A stretch of DNA of 25,016 nucleotides from a virus. Lineage: Duplodnaviria > Caudoviricetes. Position numbers and translations under genes: made by a program. The stretch is taken from IMG/VR virus record IMGVR_UViG_3300043406_000047, positions 1 to 25,016 of that record; one strand, written 5' to 3'. Position 1 is the first letter of the stretch. Every line of letters starts with the position of its first letter. Positions 15,328 to 23,251 of the stretch are shown piece after piece. Under the pieces are notes generated by a model, which was not told the origin of the DNA, ran no database searches, and was given only the letters and a program-made list of their open reading frames with translations.

Positions 15328-17432
15328 GCTGCGGCCTCCGCCGGCGGCTGTGCCGGCTCAGGTTGTTCAGCGCCAGCCTGTGCGGCTGGGTCGCTCGGGG
15401 GTGCTCCTGCTCCCGCGTTCACGGCGGCGTCGACAGTCCCGCCCATCGCGCCCTCGGGTGCCATCTGGTTGTTTGCCGGTGGCGGCGTCGGAATGCCGCG
15501 GTACATCGGCGCGGGCATCATCTTGTTCCATTCGCTCGCGATGGGGTTCGTGAGCGTCGTGTAGACGCTCTCGTGCTCCATCATGTGCTGCATGTACGCC
15601 TCGAGCGCGGCGGGGTTGCCCATCAGCTCCGGCCTGCGCGCGTCCAGCTCGGCCTTGTGCTTGGCCCAGTGCAGATCGTGCTTATCGCAGTAGAGCACCG
15701 GGCACGGGATGCCCTGCGCCAGCTGCTCGTTCTCCCACGTGATCGCCATGTCCTCGGAGCGGTCGACCTTGGAAAACGCCTTGGAGTCGCCCGTTATGAT
15801 CAGGTCGAGTGCGGCCGCGCGGTCCGCGGGGTTCGGAATCGGCGCGACCGCCTCGAACACCTGCAGCCGACCCGCCTGCGATCGCATCATCGGGTTGGCG
15901 GTCTTCACGACCACGCGCTTGACGCCGCTGAGCGTGTCCTTCGTGAACTCCTGGAGGTACGGGCGCTCGTCCTTGCCCGCGACGTCGATCAGGAACGGCG
16001 CGCTCGCACGCTGGCGCACCAGGTCGAGGATTAGGTTTGCGCTCTGCTCGCGGTAGTTGTCGAACGCAGTTTGCTTCGGGGCTTGTCCCTCGATCGCGAT
16101 GGAGTGCAGTAGCGCGGCGTAGGTGCCGCTCTTGACCATCGCCTCGGGGTTTCCCTGCGCAGCCTCGTTCACGGAGGACAGGCGCGCGCGCGCACCCGGC
16201 AGGTACTCGCTAAGCATCCACTGGGACGCCTCGGGGATGGATGCGAAGCTCAGGGCGACAGGCGCCGCGCTCGCGGTGGGCAGGTTCAGCACGCGGTGCC
16301 CGTTGGCGAGCGCATCGAAGTCGAACTTGGTGCCGTCGTAGACGCCGATGACCTGGCGGCCGAACGTGGCGAGGTTGGACGCGACGTCGGACGTGATTTG
16401 GTCCTGCATCTGCGTGGGCGCCATGAGGTCCCAGCTGGCCGCGTAGCCCAGCGTGGTGCCGATCATGGGCGTCGACATCATCTCGACGATGGGCAGGCCC
16501 TCGGAGACCGGGCAGGGCAGGTCCCAGAGCACCACGGAGCCCACATATCCGATGTACCGACCCTGCGGCAGCGCGCCACAGCGCTCGTGCAGGAAGTGCT
16601 TGACGATCACCTCATCGCCTTCGCCCTCCTGGTCATCGCTGAAGCCGAAGAGAGCGCCGGTGGTGTACTCGTCGCGACCCTTGATCGCGCGAATCTTATC
16701 CGCGTGCTCGGCATACTGCGCGATGAGCTCCCATTTGCTGATGGGCTCGCGCGGCGTGCGCCACAAATGCCGTTCGGCGCACGTTTCTTTGAACTCCGAC
16801 CACGGATACAGCACCGTCGCGGTCGGCAAACCCGACTTTTTCATGGTCGGGACGGGTGCAAGCGCCCCATCGATGCCCGTGGGCTGCTGTTCGACGACCT
16901 GGATCTCGTCCCCGGCGTCCGAATCCCAGCGGAACCACCCCGCGCCGCTGCCGAACACCAAATCGGACTCGGCGACGCGCACTTCTTTGCGTTCAGCGTG
17001 CGCTTTTCGATAGCCGTACTCGACGAACGCGTCACAGGCGTTGATTTGCGCCTTGGTCGAGTAGTCGGAGTTCACTGCGTGGCACTGGAAGGCTGCGCGC
17101 TCGCCGCAAATCATCTGCAGCTGGCGCTCGATCAGCGGCCTGTTCTCGTTCAGACGGAACTGCAACAGCTCCCCGTCCTCGCCTGCGATCGAAATCGTCT
17201 GGGCGTCGAACGACTGCATGCTCTCGGGGTCTTGGCCGAAGTACGTGGCCCACGCGCGGCGCCACATCGTCTTGAAGCCGCGTCGGTCGGCGTGCGTGAA
17301 GTAGGACGTCTCCTTGTTTTGGAGAACGGAGACGACTTCGGCGGCCGTCTTGCGAGCCCAGTAGAGCTCATCCGAAGCCTCTTTGGGTTCGGGCTGCGTC
17401 TCGAGCTCAGGAAGCTGGTCGATCGGGGTCAC
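15324..17432 (-). CDS. Portal protein (702 aa)
   Basis: GTG start with AGGAG; portal-like motifs ESDLVFGSGAGWFRWD, DLMAPTQMQDQ, LSSVNEAAQGNP...SGTYAALL, DKHDLHWAKH; Pro/Ala/Gln tail; between TerL and scaffold. Confidence 0.85.
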   Translation of the reverse strand: MTPIDQLPELETQPEPKEASDELYWARKTAAEVVSVLQNKETSYFTHADRRGFKTMWRRAWATYFGQDPESMQSFDAQTISIAGEDGELLQFRLNENRPLIERQLQMICGERAAFQCHAVNSDYSTKAQINACDAFVEYGYRKAHAERKEVRVAESDLVFGSGAGWFRWDSDAGDEIQVVEQQPTGIDGALAPVPTMKKSGLPTATVLYPWSEFKETCAERHLWRTPREPISKWELIAQYAEHADKIRAIKGRDEYTTGALFGFSDDQEGEGDEVIVKHFLHERCGALPQGRYIGYVGSVVLWDLPCPVSEGLPIVEMMSTPMIGTTLGYAASWDLMAPTQMQDQITSDVASNLATFGRQVIGVYDGTKFDFDALANGHRVLNLPTASAAPVALSFASIPEASQWMLSEYLPGARARLSSVNEAAQGNPEAMVKSGTYAALLHSIAIEGQAPKQTAFDNYREQSANLILDLVRQRASAPFLIDVAGKDERPYLQEFTKDTLSGVKRVVVKTANPMMRSQAGRLQVFEAVAPIPNPADRAAALDLIITGDSKAFSKVDRSEDMAITWENEQLAQGIPCPVLYCDKHDLHWAKHKAELDARRPELMGNPAALEAYMQHMMEHESVYTTLTNPIASEWNKMMPAPMYRGIPTPPPANNQMAPEGAMGGTVDAAVNAGAGAPPSDPAAQAGAEQPEPAQPPAEAAA

Positions 17433-17622
17433 GTCGCAATCTCCTGCGGAGCTGTCGCTCTCGCTCGAGGTCGATGGTCTTGCGCAGTTCGATGCGCTGC
17501 TGTCTCTCGCGCGCGGCGCGTTCGCGCGCTTCCCAGCCTCGCCGGTAGAAGTGGTGGCAGAGCCCCCACATCACGCAGCCGAGGCCTAGAAGCAGCACGC
17601 CGCACGCGATCAGATCGATCAT
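17407..17622 (-). CDS. Small membrane-anchored basic protein (71 aa), possibly lysis accessory
   Basis: Start re-called to ATG 17622 (ATGA overlap): MIDLIACGVLLLGLGCVMWGL followed by an Arg/Glu-rich helix. Confidence 0.5.
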   Translation of the reverse strand: MIDLIACGVLLLGLGCVMWGLCHHFYRRGWEARERAARERQQRIELRKTIDLERERQLRRRLRRDPDRPAS

Positions 17623-18089
17623 GCCCAGGCCAACCGGACCTTGCGGCCGTCCTCGGGCTTCCACTTCGGGCAGTAGGGCACGCACACATTGCCCAGTTCT
17701 TCGAGGAAGCTGGAGACGATGATCTCGCCTTCCTGGCCGTCTGCGGGCGACATCCAGTGCTTGCGCACGGCGACGGGCGCGCTCAACGACAGCTCGCTCG
17801 CAAGCTCCTCGTCGGTCGCGCGATGCACCTTGGACTCGCCCTGTGCGTTGCGCTCGGTGCGCAGCGCGGGCGTGAGCTTGCGCCCCATCCGCGCGAGCAC
17901 GCGTACGGTGTGCTCGGGCGTGAGCCGGTCGACCGGGAGCGCCGTAGTGAAGCGTGGGTTACCCGGCGTGTTGATGCTCGGATAGTGCTTCTCGATCCAC
18001 GCAACGGCGATGCGGTGCTCGTTCTCGTCGGTGGGCGAGATGAGGTAGTCCTTCTCACCCAGCTTCGCGGTTTGCTGCGGCTGACTCAT
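17619..18089 (-). CDS. Hypothetical protein (156 aa)
   Basis: ATGA overlaps at both ends; no motif recognised. Confidence 0.65.
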   Translation of the reverse strand: MSQPQQTAKLGEKDYLISPTDENEHRIAVAWIEKHYPSINTPGNPRFTTALPVDRLTPEHTVRVLARMGRKLTPALRTERNAQGESKVHRATDEELASELSLSAPVAVRKHWMSPADGQEGEIIVSSFLEELGNVCVPYCPKWKPEDGRKVRLAWA

Positions 18090-18310
18090 GACTTCGGCTT
18101 CTCCAGGTGCAGCCAGCCGATCAGCAGCGTGGCGATCGATGAGCTGACTTCGTTGCTGACCGGGACAACGCCTGCGTGACCAAGCACGCCGAGTGCCACC
18201 GCCACCAGCGTTCCAACGATTCGCAAGATGTTCGGGTTCATGGTGCCTTCCTCAATTGATTCCTTGGCGTCGAGCTCATCGCGCAACGCCTGCATGCCTT
18301 CGTCGCTCAT
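18086..18310 (-). CDS. Holin-like small membrane protein (74 aa; alternative start 18241 gives 51 aa)
   Basis: Two hydrophobic segments (ILRIVGTLVAVALGVLG; SIATLLIGWLHL) and a basic tail EKPKS; the second in-frame ATG has its own GAGGAAGG. Confidence 0.45.
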   Translation of the reverse strand: MSDEGMQALRDELDAKESIEEGTMNPNILRIVGTLVAVALGVLGHAGVVPVSNEVSSSIATLLIGWLHLEKPKS

Positions 18311-18771
18311 GCGAACCTCTTGGCGCCCTTCGCGACACTCCCGCTAAGCACGCCGTGCAGGCGCGTCTCAGCGGCTTTCAGGTCTTCGTGTGTGGGGCGC
18401 TTGGCGAGCTCGTCGCGCGTCTCACGCACCAGGTTCTCGAGCGCCTTGCTGAACTTCGTGAGGTCGGGCGGCTCGGAGGGCAGCAGCGCGATGCTGCCCT
18501 CGAGAAAAGCCAGGCGCTCGTTCACGCGGCGTGCGTAGCACTCGTCCTCGTTGAGCTTCTGCCGCGCGTAGTCGGCGATGGCGACCTTGATCTTGTCGGC
18601 GACGTCGTCCAGGCGCTCACCGTGCTCGTCGGTGAGACGCGCCACGTCGGCGCTCACCGAGTTCAGCAGCTGTCGGTGCACGTCGTTCGCGCGCACGGTG
18701 TCGAGCCAGCGGCGGCCGATGTCCCACGCCAACAACCCCAGTGCGAATGCGGCCGCCGCTGCGTAGATCAT
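18307..18771 (-). CDS. N-terminally anchored coiled-coil protein (154 aa)
   Basis: Start re-called to ATG 18771 (ATGA overlap): MIYAAAAAFALGLLAW followed by a helical region. Confidence 0.6.
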   Translation of the reverse strand: MIYAAAAAFALGLLAWDIGRRWLDTVRANDVHRQLLNSVSADVARLTDEHGERLDDVADKIKVAIADYARQKLNEDECYARRVNERLAFLEGSIALLPSEPPDLTKFSKALENLVRETRDELAKRPTHEDLKAAETRLHGVLSGSVAKGAKRFA

Positions 18772-18935
18772 TCTGCCCGCATCCCCTTGTGAGCGATCTT
18801 CACCAGCGCGCGCGCAGCTTCGGTGAGCTGCTCGGCCGTCGGCTCGAAGCTCATCAGAAGCTCTACAGACGCGTCGAACCGCCGCTTTGCCGCTGCGATC
18901 GCCCCGTCCACATTCGTATCGATTGTCGCGTTCAT
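18768..18935 (-). CDS. Hypothetical protein (55 aa)
   Basis: Not in track; MNATIDTNVDGAIAAAKRRFDASVELLMSFEPTAEQLTEAARALVKIAHKGMRAE, with ATGA overlaps at both ends. Confidence 0.6.
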   Translation of the reverse strand: MNATIDTNVDGAIAAAKRRFDASVELLMSFEPTAEQLTEAARALVKIAHKGMRAE

Positions 18936-19429
18936 CGTTCTTCTCCCTTGCCGATATCGGCGTCTTCAATGTCCTCGGGCCAACCCGAGTCCTCCTCAAC
19001 GACGTCCTCAAGCCACGCTTCAGCCTCGGCGTCGTCCATCTCTTCCTCGCCCGGTTCGAAGTCGGGGTCGTTCGCAATCTGGTGCATGAGCGCTGCGGGG
19101 ATGCCGTAGTCGCCGCTTTGCAGGCTCGACGACAGCGCGCGCCACTCGTCCACCTTCGCAAGCACGCGCTCCTTCACCTGTTCGCGCTCCTCGGCGTCCA
19201 GCACCTTCACCCAGGCGCCAGATTCCGCGAGCTCATCGAACTCGAACCAGAACGCCACTGCATCGTCGGCCGGCATGTTGCGCAGCACGCGTGACCACTC
19301 GCCACGGCCCCTGAACTCGCCAACCATCGCGCCCTTGAGGTGCGCGATGTAGCGCATGGGCGAGTAGCGATCGCGCATGGAGTCGACCTCGGCGTGCTCT
19401 TGCAGTGGCGTTGTCAGTTCGCGGATCAC
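18932..19429 (-). CDS. Hypothetical protein with very acidic C-terminus (165 aa)
   Basis: Start re-called to GTG 19429 (GTGA overlap with the TerL stop; GGAGG upstream). Confidence 0.65.
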   Translation of the reverse strand: MIRELTTPLQEHAEVDSMRDRYSPMRYIAHLKGAMVGEFRGRGEWSRVLRNMPADDAVAFWFEFDELAESGAWVKVLDAEEREQVKERVLAKVDEWRALSSSLQSGDYGIPAALMHQIANDPDFEPGEEEMDDAEAEAWLEDVVEEDSGWPEDIEDADIGKGEER

Positions 19430-21045
19430 GCAAACCTCCGTCGCGCGCCGGCAACGCGCAGGCTGCCGAACGCCTTGTTCAGCTCCGCGGTCGACGCCTT
19501 CTCGGGCTTGCGCAGGTGGTCGGGCACGTACGTCTGCTGCGGGTCTGCGTCCGCCCAGTCGGGCTTGCTGGGGTTCGCGTTGCGCTCGACCGCGGGCAGC
19601 ATGTAGACAAGCGCCATCATGCAATCGAGGTGGCCGTGCGTTGGCGTGCGCTCGAAGTCGGTGCGCTGGTCGTTCCAACGCCCTGCGTTCAGCTGGTGCT
19701 GAAGCGGCCCGCTGTCAGGCCATATCTCGACGCGGTCGTTCAGTATCCAGTCGCGCAGCGTGGCGAGCTTGTGCTCGGGCAGACGTCGCGCTGAGCCTGC
19801 GTCGGCGACAGCCTTTGCGTGGCGCTTGTCGGCTGCGTTGAACGCGATGCCGTGCGCCTTGCCCAGCTCGAAGATGACGCGCGCGTCGGTGTCGGATACG
19901 CGCCGGTGCGGGTTCGCTTGGAGCTCTTTGCCGTTCCAGAAGCGCAAGGGCTCTGGGGTGCCGTCGCTCGACTGCGTCCGGAGCTTGGAAGCAGCGTCAT
20001 CAGTCGTTGCGGCGGTACCCCACAGCTCTTGCTCAGTCGTGCGGATTACTTCTGCGACGTCGGCGAGGCTGGCGTTTCGCTCGGCCCAGCTGCGTTGGAT
20101 GACGAGCTTACTTCGAGCCGCATCCCAGTAACCGAAGACCAGGCCAAATTTATCTCTTGTCCCCGGGTCAGCGCCAACATAACAGTGCGCATAATCCGGC
20201 ACTGTCGACAGACGCACGTGTCGAGGAGCGGAGAACTCAGGCACGACGCTGCCTTCAGGATCGCGCACGCGGATGTTGAAGTACTCGCGTTGGCAGTCAT
20301 GGTGCTCGCGTCCTCCGGCAGCCTTGATGAACTCTTCGCGCTCCTCGTGTGACAAGCGCGGGTTGTCGTCGATCGTGCGGTAGACGTACGCGCCACGCAG
20401 CTTCGCATCCTCGACGAAGAGCGTGTCGTAGTCGCTCTCCGCCTCGACGGGCGCCGACGACTCGAGCACGATGCGCGCCCACGGCCTGCCCTGGTACTGC
20501 GGATAGAGAACGCTCTTGATGCTGTAGGACAGGCCCTTGATGAACGCAGCTTCGGAGAGCGCGTCCATGTCGCACGCCTGCCCGCGCAAGCCGTCTGGGT
20601 GCATGTCGAGGCCGACCAGGCGCACCTCAGAGCCACTGCGCGGGAACTTGAACGTTTGGCCTACGAGCTTCGGGCGCAGGTCGCTCGGGCACGTCTCGAG
20701 CACGTAGCGCGACACGTCCGAGATGATTTCCTGGATGTTCTTCTGGTACGCGGTCGAGTAGCGCAGGATGTGGCGCTGATTGCGAATCGCGTTCTCGAAC
20801 ATGATCACGAGCAGCGCCGTGGTCTTGCCCCAGCGCCTCCCGATGTCGAACACGAACACGCGCGGGAAGTTGCCCGGCTGCGTTGTGGGATCGAGCTTTT
20901 CCCACTGCCGATATTGGTCGTAGACGCGCTTCTGGTCTTCGTGTAGGAGGAAGCGCAGCTTGCCTTCTGTCCACGCCTGACGCAGCGCGATAGTGCGCTT
21001 ATCGTAGCTAGCCGGCGCTGAGAACGCGGTCGAGCTCATCATCAT
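19426..21045 (-). CDS. terL: Terminase large subunit
   Basis: Adenine-binding HEDQ, Walker A DIGRRWGKTT, LRG...SEAAF (variant Walker B), coupling motif LESSAP, TIDDNP, RNase H-fold YVGADPG and HGHLDCMMAL. Start uncertain (ATG 21039/21042/21045, or 21096). Confidence 0.92.
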   Translation of the reverse strand: MMMSSTAFSAPASYDKRTIALRQAWTEGKLRFLLHEDQKRVYDQYRQWEKLDPTTQPGNFPRVFVFDIGRRWGKTTALLVIMFENAIRNQRHILRYSTAYQKNIQEIISDVSRYVLETCPSDLRPKLVGQTFKFPRSGSEVRLVGLDMHPDGLRGQACDMDALSEAAFIKGLSYSIKSVLYPQYQGRPWARIVLESSAPVEAESDYDTLFVEDAKLRGAYVYRTIDDNPRLSHEEREEFIKAAGGREHHDCQREYFNIRVRDPEGSVVPEFSAPRHVRLSTVPDYAHCYVGADPGTRDKFGLVFGYWDAARSKLVIQRSWAERNASLADVAEVIRTTEQELWGTAATTDDAASKLRTQSSDGTPEPLRFWNGKELQANPHRRVSDTDARVIFELGKAHGIAFNAADKRHAKAVADAGSARRLPEHKLATLRDWILNDRVEIWPDSGPLQHQLNAGRWNDQRTDFERTPTHGHLDCMMALVYMLPAVERNANPSKPDWADADPQQTYVPDHLRKPEKASTAELNKAFGSLRVAGARRRFA

Positions 21046-21430
21046 GAAGCCGGCCGCGTTCTGGTATAGGGGCCGCTTGCGCAGCCTCCGAGCCATTCTT
21101 GGCGAACGTGTCGCGCACCATCTTCGCGCCGCTCAGCCTGTCGCGCACTTCGTTGTGAACCTTGAGCGAGTCCTCGATCGCGTCGTCGGCCATGGGCAAC
21201 AGCTTGGCCATCCGATGACGCGAGGCTATCAAGAAGTCCATCGACTCCTCGACAACCGCGCGATCGATCTCGGGGTTGGTTGTGCGCCAATGCCAAATCG
21301 TCCACGGTGTAACGCCCAAGTCGTCGGCGATTTCGCTCCAACGCTTGCCCTGAACTCTAAGCGCTACGACGCGCATTTGCTGCGGAGTCAGCTCTTGGAT
21401 TTCGTTGGAAATCGTTAGATTCGCGGCCAC
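21008..21430 (-). CDS. terS: Terminase small subunit (HTH), ~140 aa
   Basis: GTG 21430 with GAGGGG; HTH LTPQQMRVVAL..GKRWSEIADDLGVTPWTIWHW, helical oligomerisation region, C-terminal LHDDEL; directly upstream of TerL. Confidence 0.75.
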   Translation of the reverse strand: MAANLTISNEIQELTPQQMRVVALRVQGKRWSEIADDLGVTPWTIWHWRTTNPEIDRAVVEESMDFLIASRHRMAKLLPMADDAIEDSLKVHNEVRDRLSGAKMVRDTFAKNGSEAAQAAPIPERGRLHDDELDRVLSAG

Positions 21431-21462
21431 AGATTCCCCTCGTGCGCAGGTCGCAAGGTTGG

Positions 21463-21636
21463 TCAGAACGTCGGTGGAAGTTTCGGTGCAGGCCCGCAGA
21501 ACACGCACGACCCGCGCGTGTCAGGCGGCTTGTCCGCACCGCATCGCATGCAACGCGCGTACTGCGGGTTGAGCTTCAGCGTGGTCATTGGTCGCGGCTT
21601 CCACACAGGCTTGGGCTGGGGGCGCTCGCGTTTCAT
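21463..21636 (-). CDS. Zinc-ribbon microprotein (57 aa)
   Basis: ATG 21636 (ATGA overlap); CMRC...CVFC. Confidence 0.55.
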   Translation of the reverse strand: MKRERPQPKPVWKPRPMTTLKLNPQYARCMRCGADKPPDTRGSCVFCGPAPKLPPTF

Positions 21637-21815
21637 CGGTCCCACACCAATCGACCGTTGCAGAACGAGTAGACCGCCCACTCGTGCATCGACCTGTCCT
21701 TGCCGAACGCCCAGCGGATGGTCACGAGGATGGCGTACAAGACGTTGTTGTCGGATATGTGCATCATGCTCTGCAGAAGCGCCAAGCACTCGGCCTCCAC
21801 TTCCTCCGGCGTCAC
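21633..21815 (-). CDS. Hypothetical protein (60 aa)
   Basis: GTG 21815 (GTGA overlap; GAGGTG upstream): VTPEEVEAECLALL... Confidence 0.5.
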   Translation of the reverse strand: MTPEEVEAECLALLQSMMHISDNNVLYAILVTIRWAFGKDRSMHEWAVYSFCNGRLVWDR

Positions 21816-21982
21816 AGCATCACCTCGCGTTCCCAGGTCCGCACAGTCACGCGCCTGTTGCCGATGCGGTGGTAGCTGACGTGCGCCACTGACCTCGTGG
21901 AGCAGTGGTAACAGCGCTGCTCCAGGCCACCTCGCAGCCAGTGGCAGGCACAGCCGCAGCGAATGCAGGGATGGACGGTCAC
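21812..21982 (-). CDS. Zinc-finger-like microprotein (56 aa)
   Basis: GTG 21982 (GTGA overlap; GGAGG upstream); CIRC...CYHC. Confidence 0.5.
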   Translation of the reverse strand: MTVHPCIRCGCACHWLRGGLEQRCYHCSTRSVAHVSYHRIGNRRVTVRTWEREVML

Positions 21983-22164
21983 CGGCACTTGACCTCCCAC
22001 ACGGTCTTGAACTCCGTGGGCGTGACCACGCTGCAATGCGCGTTGCCACTGCACAAAGCCCACACGCACAGGTCGTGCATGGCCTGGAGGGCCGCATCAA
22101 TCGGCGCGTTCATCGCTTCGCTGTAACAGTCGAAGCACCCTTCCTGCGGGCATACGTGCGTCAC
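21979..22164 (-). CDS. Cys-rich microprotein (61 aa)
   Basis: GTGA coupling; HVC-x4-CFDC and further Cys residues. Confidence 0.5.
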   Translation of the reverse strand: MTHVCPQEGCFDCYSEAMNAPIDAALQAMHDLCVWALCSGNAHCSVVTPTEFKTVWEVKCR

Positions 22165-22331
22165 TCCGCCCCCTCGATCTCGGTCGACGCGTCCTGCTCC
22201 TCAAGAGCCTTCGCCTTGGCAGCCGCACGAAGCTTGATGCGCTCCAGGTCGATGTGACGCTGTTCGCACATGTCGCACGTCGAGCAGAAGGAGCCGCGAA
22301 CGCACCAGCACCACTTCAGCCCATCGCTCAT
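22161..22331 (-). CDS. Cys-rich microprotein (56 aa)
   Basis: ATG 22331 (ATGA overlap); CWC-x5-CSTCDMC followed by a charged helix. Confidence 0.5.
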   Translation of the reverse strand: MSDGLKWCWCVRGSFCSTCDMCEQRHIDLERIKLRAAAKAKALEEQDASTEIEGAE

Positions 22332-22804
22332 GTCGTCGCCCCCTCGATCTGGATACGGCAGGCGTAGGCGCTGCGCTTGCCGGTGCGCAGCGTCGTGGCG
22401 TCGTCGTTGCGCGGCGGCTTCTCTTCGGGCGCGTATACCCAGCGCACCTTGCTGGTGTCGCCGTCGTTCACGCCCAGCCACTTGGCCACGGCGTCACGAA
22501 CGCCCTTGAAGCCCGCGACCATGTTGTCATCGTCCAGCTTGCGCGCGGCGATGCGCGTCATGGTGACGACATACGGTGGAAAGCTTGGGCGATGGCGCTT
22601 GTTCAGCAGCTCGCGTGCCCACAGCGCTTGGGCAACGATCTTGTGCTCTTTGAGCACCCTGCGGTGCCGCGCCATGGGGTGCTCGCGCAGGTTGCAGCCG
22701 TTCTTGACCTGGATCGGTAGCGTGAGCGTCCACCCTTCCCCGCCCTGGTCGTGTGCCGACACGCGGAGCTGCTGCTCGAGCTGACTCAGACAGAGCGCGG
22801 TCAT
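22328..22804 (-). CDS. rusA: RusA-like Holliday junction resolvase (158 aa)
   Basis: ATG 22804 (ATGA overlap; GGAGG upstream); signature VTMTR...LDDDNMVAGFKGVRDAVAKWLGVNDGD matches the RusA DxDN...K...D...D catalytic pattern; lambdoid nin-region position. Confidence 0.75.
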   Translation of the reverse strand: MTALCLSQLEQQLRVSAHDQGGEGWTLTLPIQVKNGCNLREHPMARHRRVLKEHKIVAQALWARELLNKRHRPSFPPYVVTMTRIAARKLDDDNMVAGFKGVRDAVAKWLGVNDGDTSKVRWVYAPEEKPPRNDDATTLRTGKRSAYACRIQIEGATT

Positions 22805-22890
22805 CGCATCCTCCCGATGACGAAGTAGCCGAACGCCAGCCCCATCGCTAAGGGGATGGGGCTCTCCAGCAGCAGCTGTTGCCACGTCAT
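22801..22890 (-). CDS. Hydrophobic micropeptide (29 aa)
   Basis: Not in track; MTWQQLLLESPIPLAMGLAFGYFVIGRMR exactly fills the gap with ATGA overlaps at both ends. Confidence 0.5.
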   Translation of the reverse strand: MTWQQLLLESPIPLAMGLAFGYFVIGRMR

Positions 22891-23078
22891 TCGCCCGCCC
22901 TCGTGAGCTCGGCAGCCCGTGCCATCAGCCTCGCGACCTTTTCGTAGACCTTGCCGAGGTTGTTCTCGATGTAGCCCGCGGACCTGTTCAGTTCCGCGTA
23001 AGCCTCAGCTGCCAGCGCTTGCGCGCAGAGCCGTCGCTCGGCCTCGTCCAGTTCCAGCTCAAGCACCATCGCCATCAC
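22887..23078 (-). CDS. Hypothetical helical protein (~63 aa)
   Basis: GTG 23078 or ATG 23075 overlapping the upstream stop; GGAG upstream. Confidence 0.55.
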   Translation of the reverse strand: MMAMVLELELDEAERRLCAQALAAEAYAELNRSAGYIENNLGKVYEKVARLMARAAELTRAGE

Positions 23079-23251
23079 GGCTTCTCCGCTTGATTGCAGG
23101 AGGGGTTGCCGGTCTTGTAGATGCAGGCCTGCTCGCGCAGGCGAGTCAGCCCGCCCTTGCAGTCCCCAAGAAACAGCACGAGCCACAGCACGCCAAGGCT
23201 GCCGAGCAGTCGCGTATTGTGGCCCCACTCCTGGCTTTTCCCGTCACTCAT
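23075..23251 (-). CDS. Small single-pass membrane protein (58 aa)
   Basis: ATG 23251 (ATGA overlap); LLGSLGVLWLVLFLG. Confidence 0.5.
   Translation of the reverse strand: MSDGKSQEWGHNTRLLGSLGVLWLVLFLGDCKGGLTRLREQACIYKTGNPSCNQAEKP

Noticed and set aside
17575-17622. LGLGC as the lipobox of an o-spanin
   Set aside because: Poor match to [LVI][ASTVI][GAS]C, no basic n-region, and hydrophobic residues continue past the Cys.
17429-17689. 86-aa alternative-frame ORF ending in a GTGA overlap with the portal start
   Set aside because: Shadow-like composition; the 17407-17622 frame has a coupled ATG and a clear TM segment.
16296-18179. Long plus-strand ORFs (e.g. 627 aa here, 466 aa at 14164, 449 aa at 9018, 383 aa at 5096, 377 aa at 12287)
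   Set aside because: Antisense shadows of GC-biased minus-strand genes; Arg/Ala/Gly-rich with no motifs.
21290-21430. Lower-GC patch in terS as a pac site
   Set aside because: Plausible by analogy to P22, but no diagnostic sequence is visible; needs read-end mapping.
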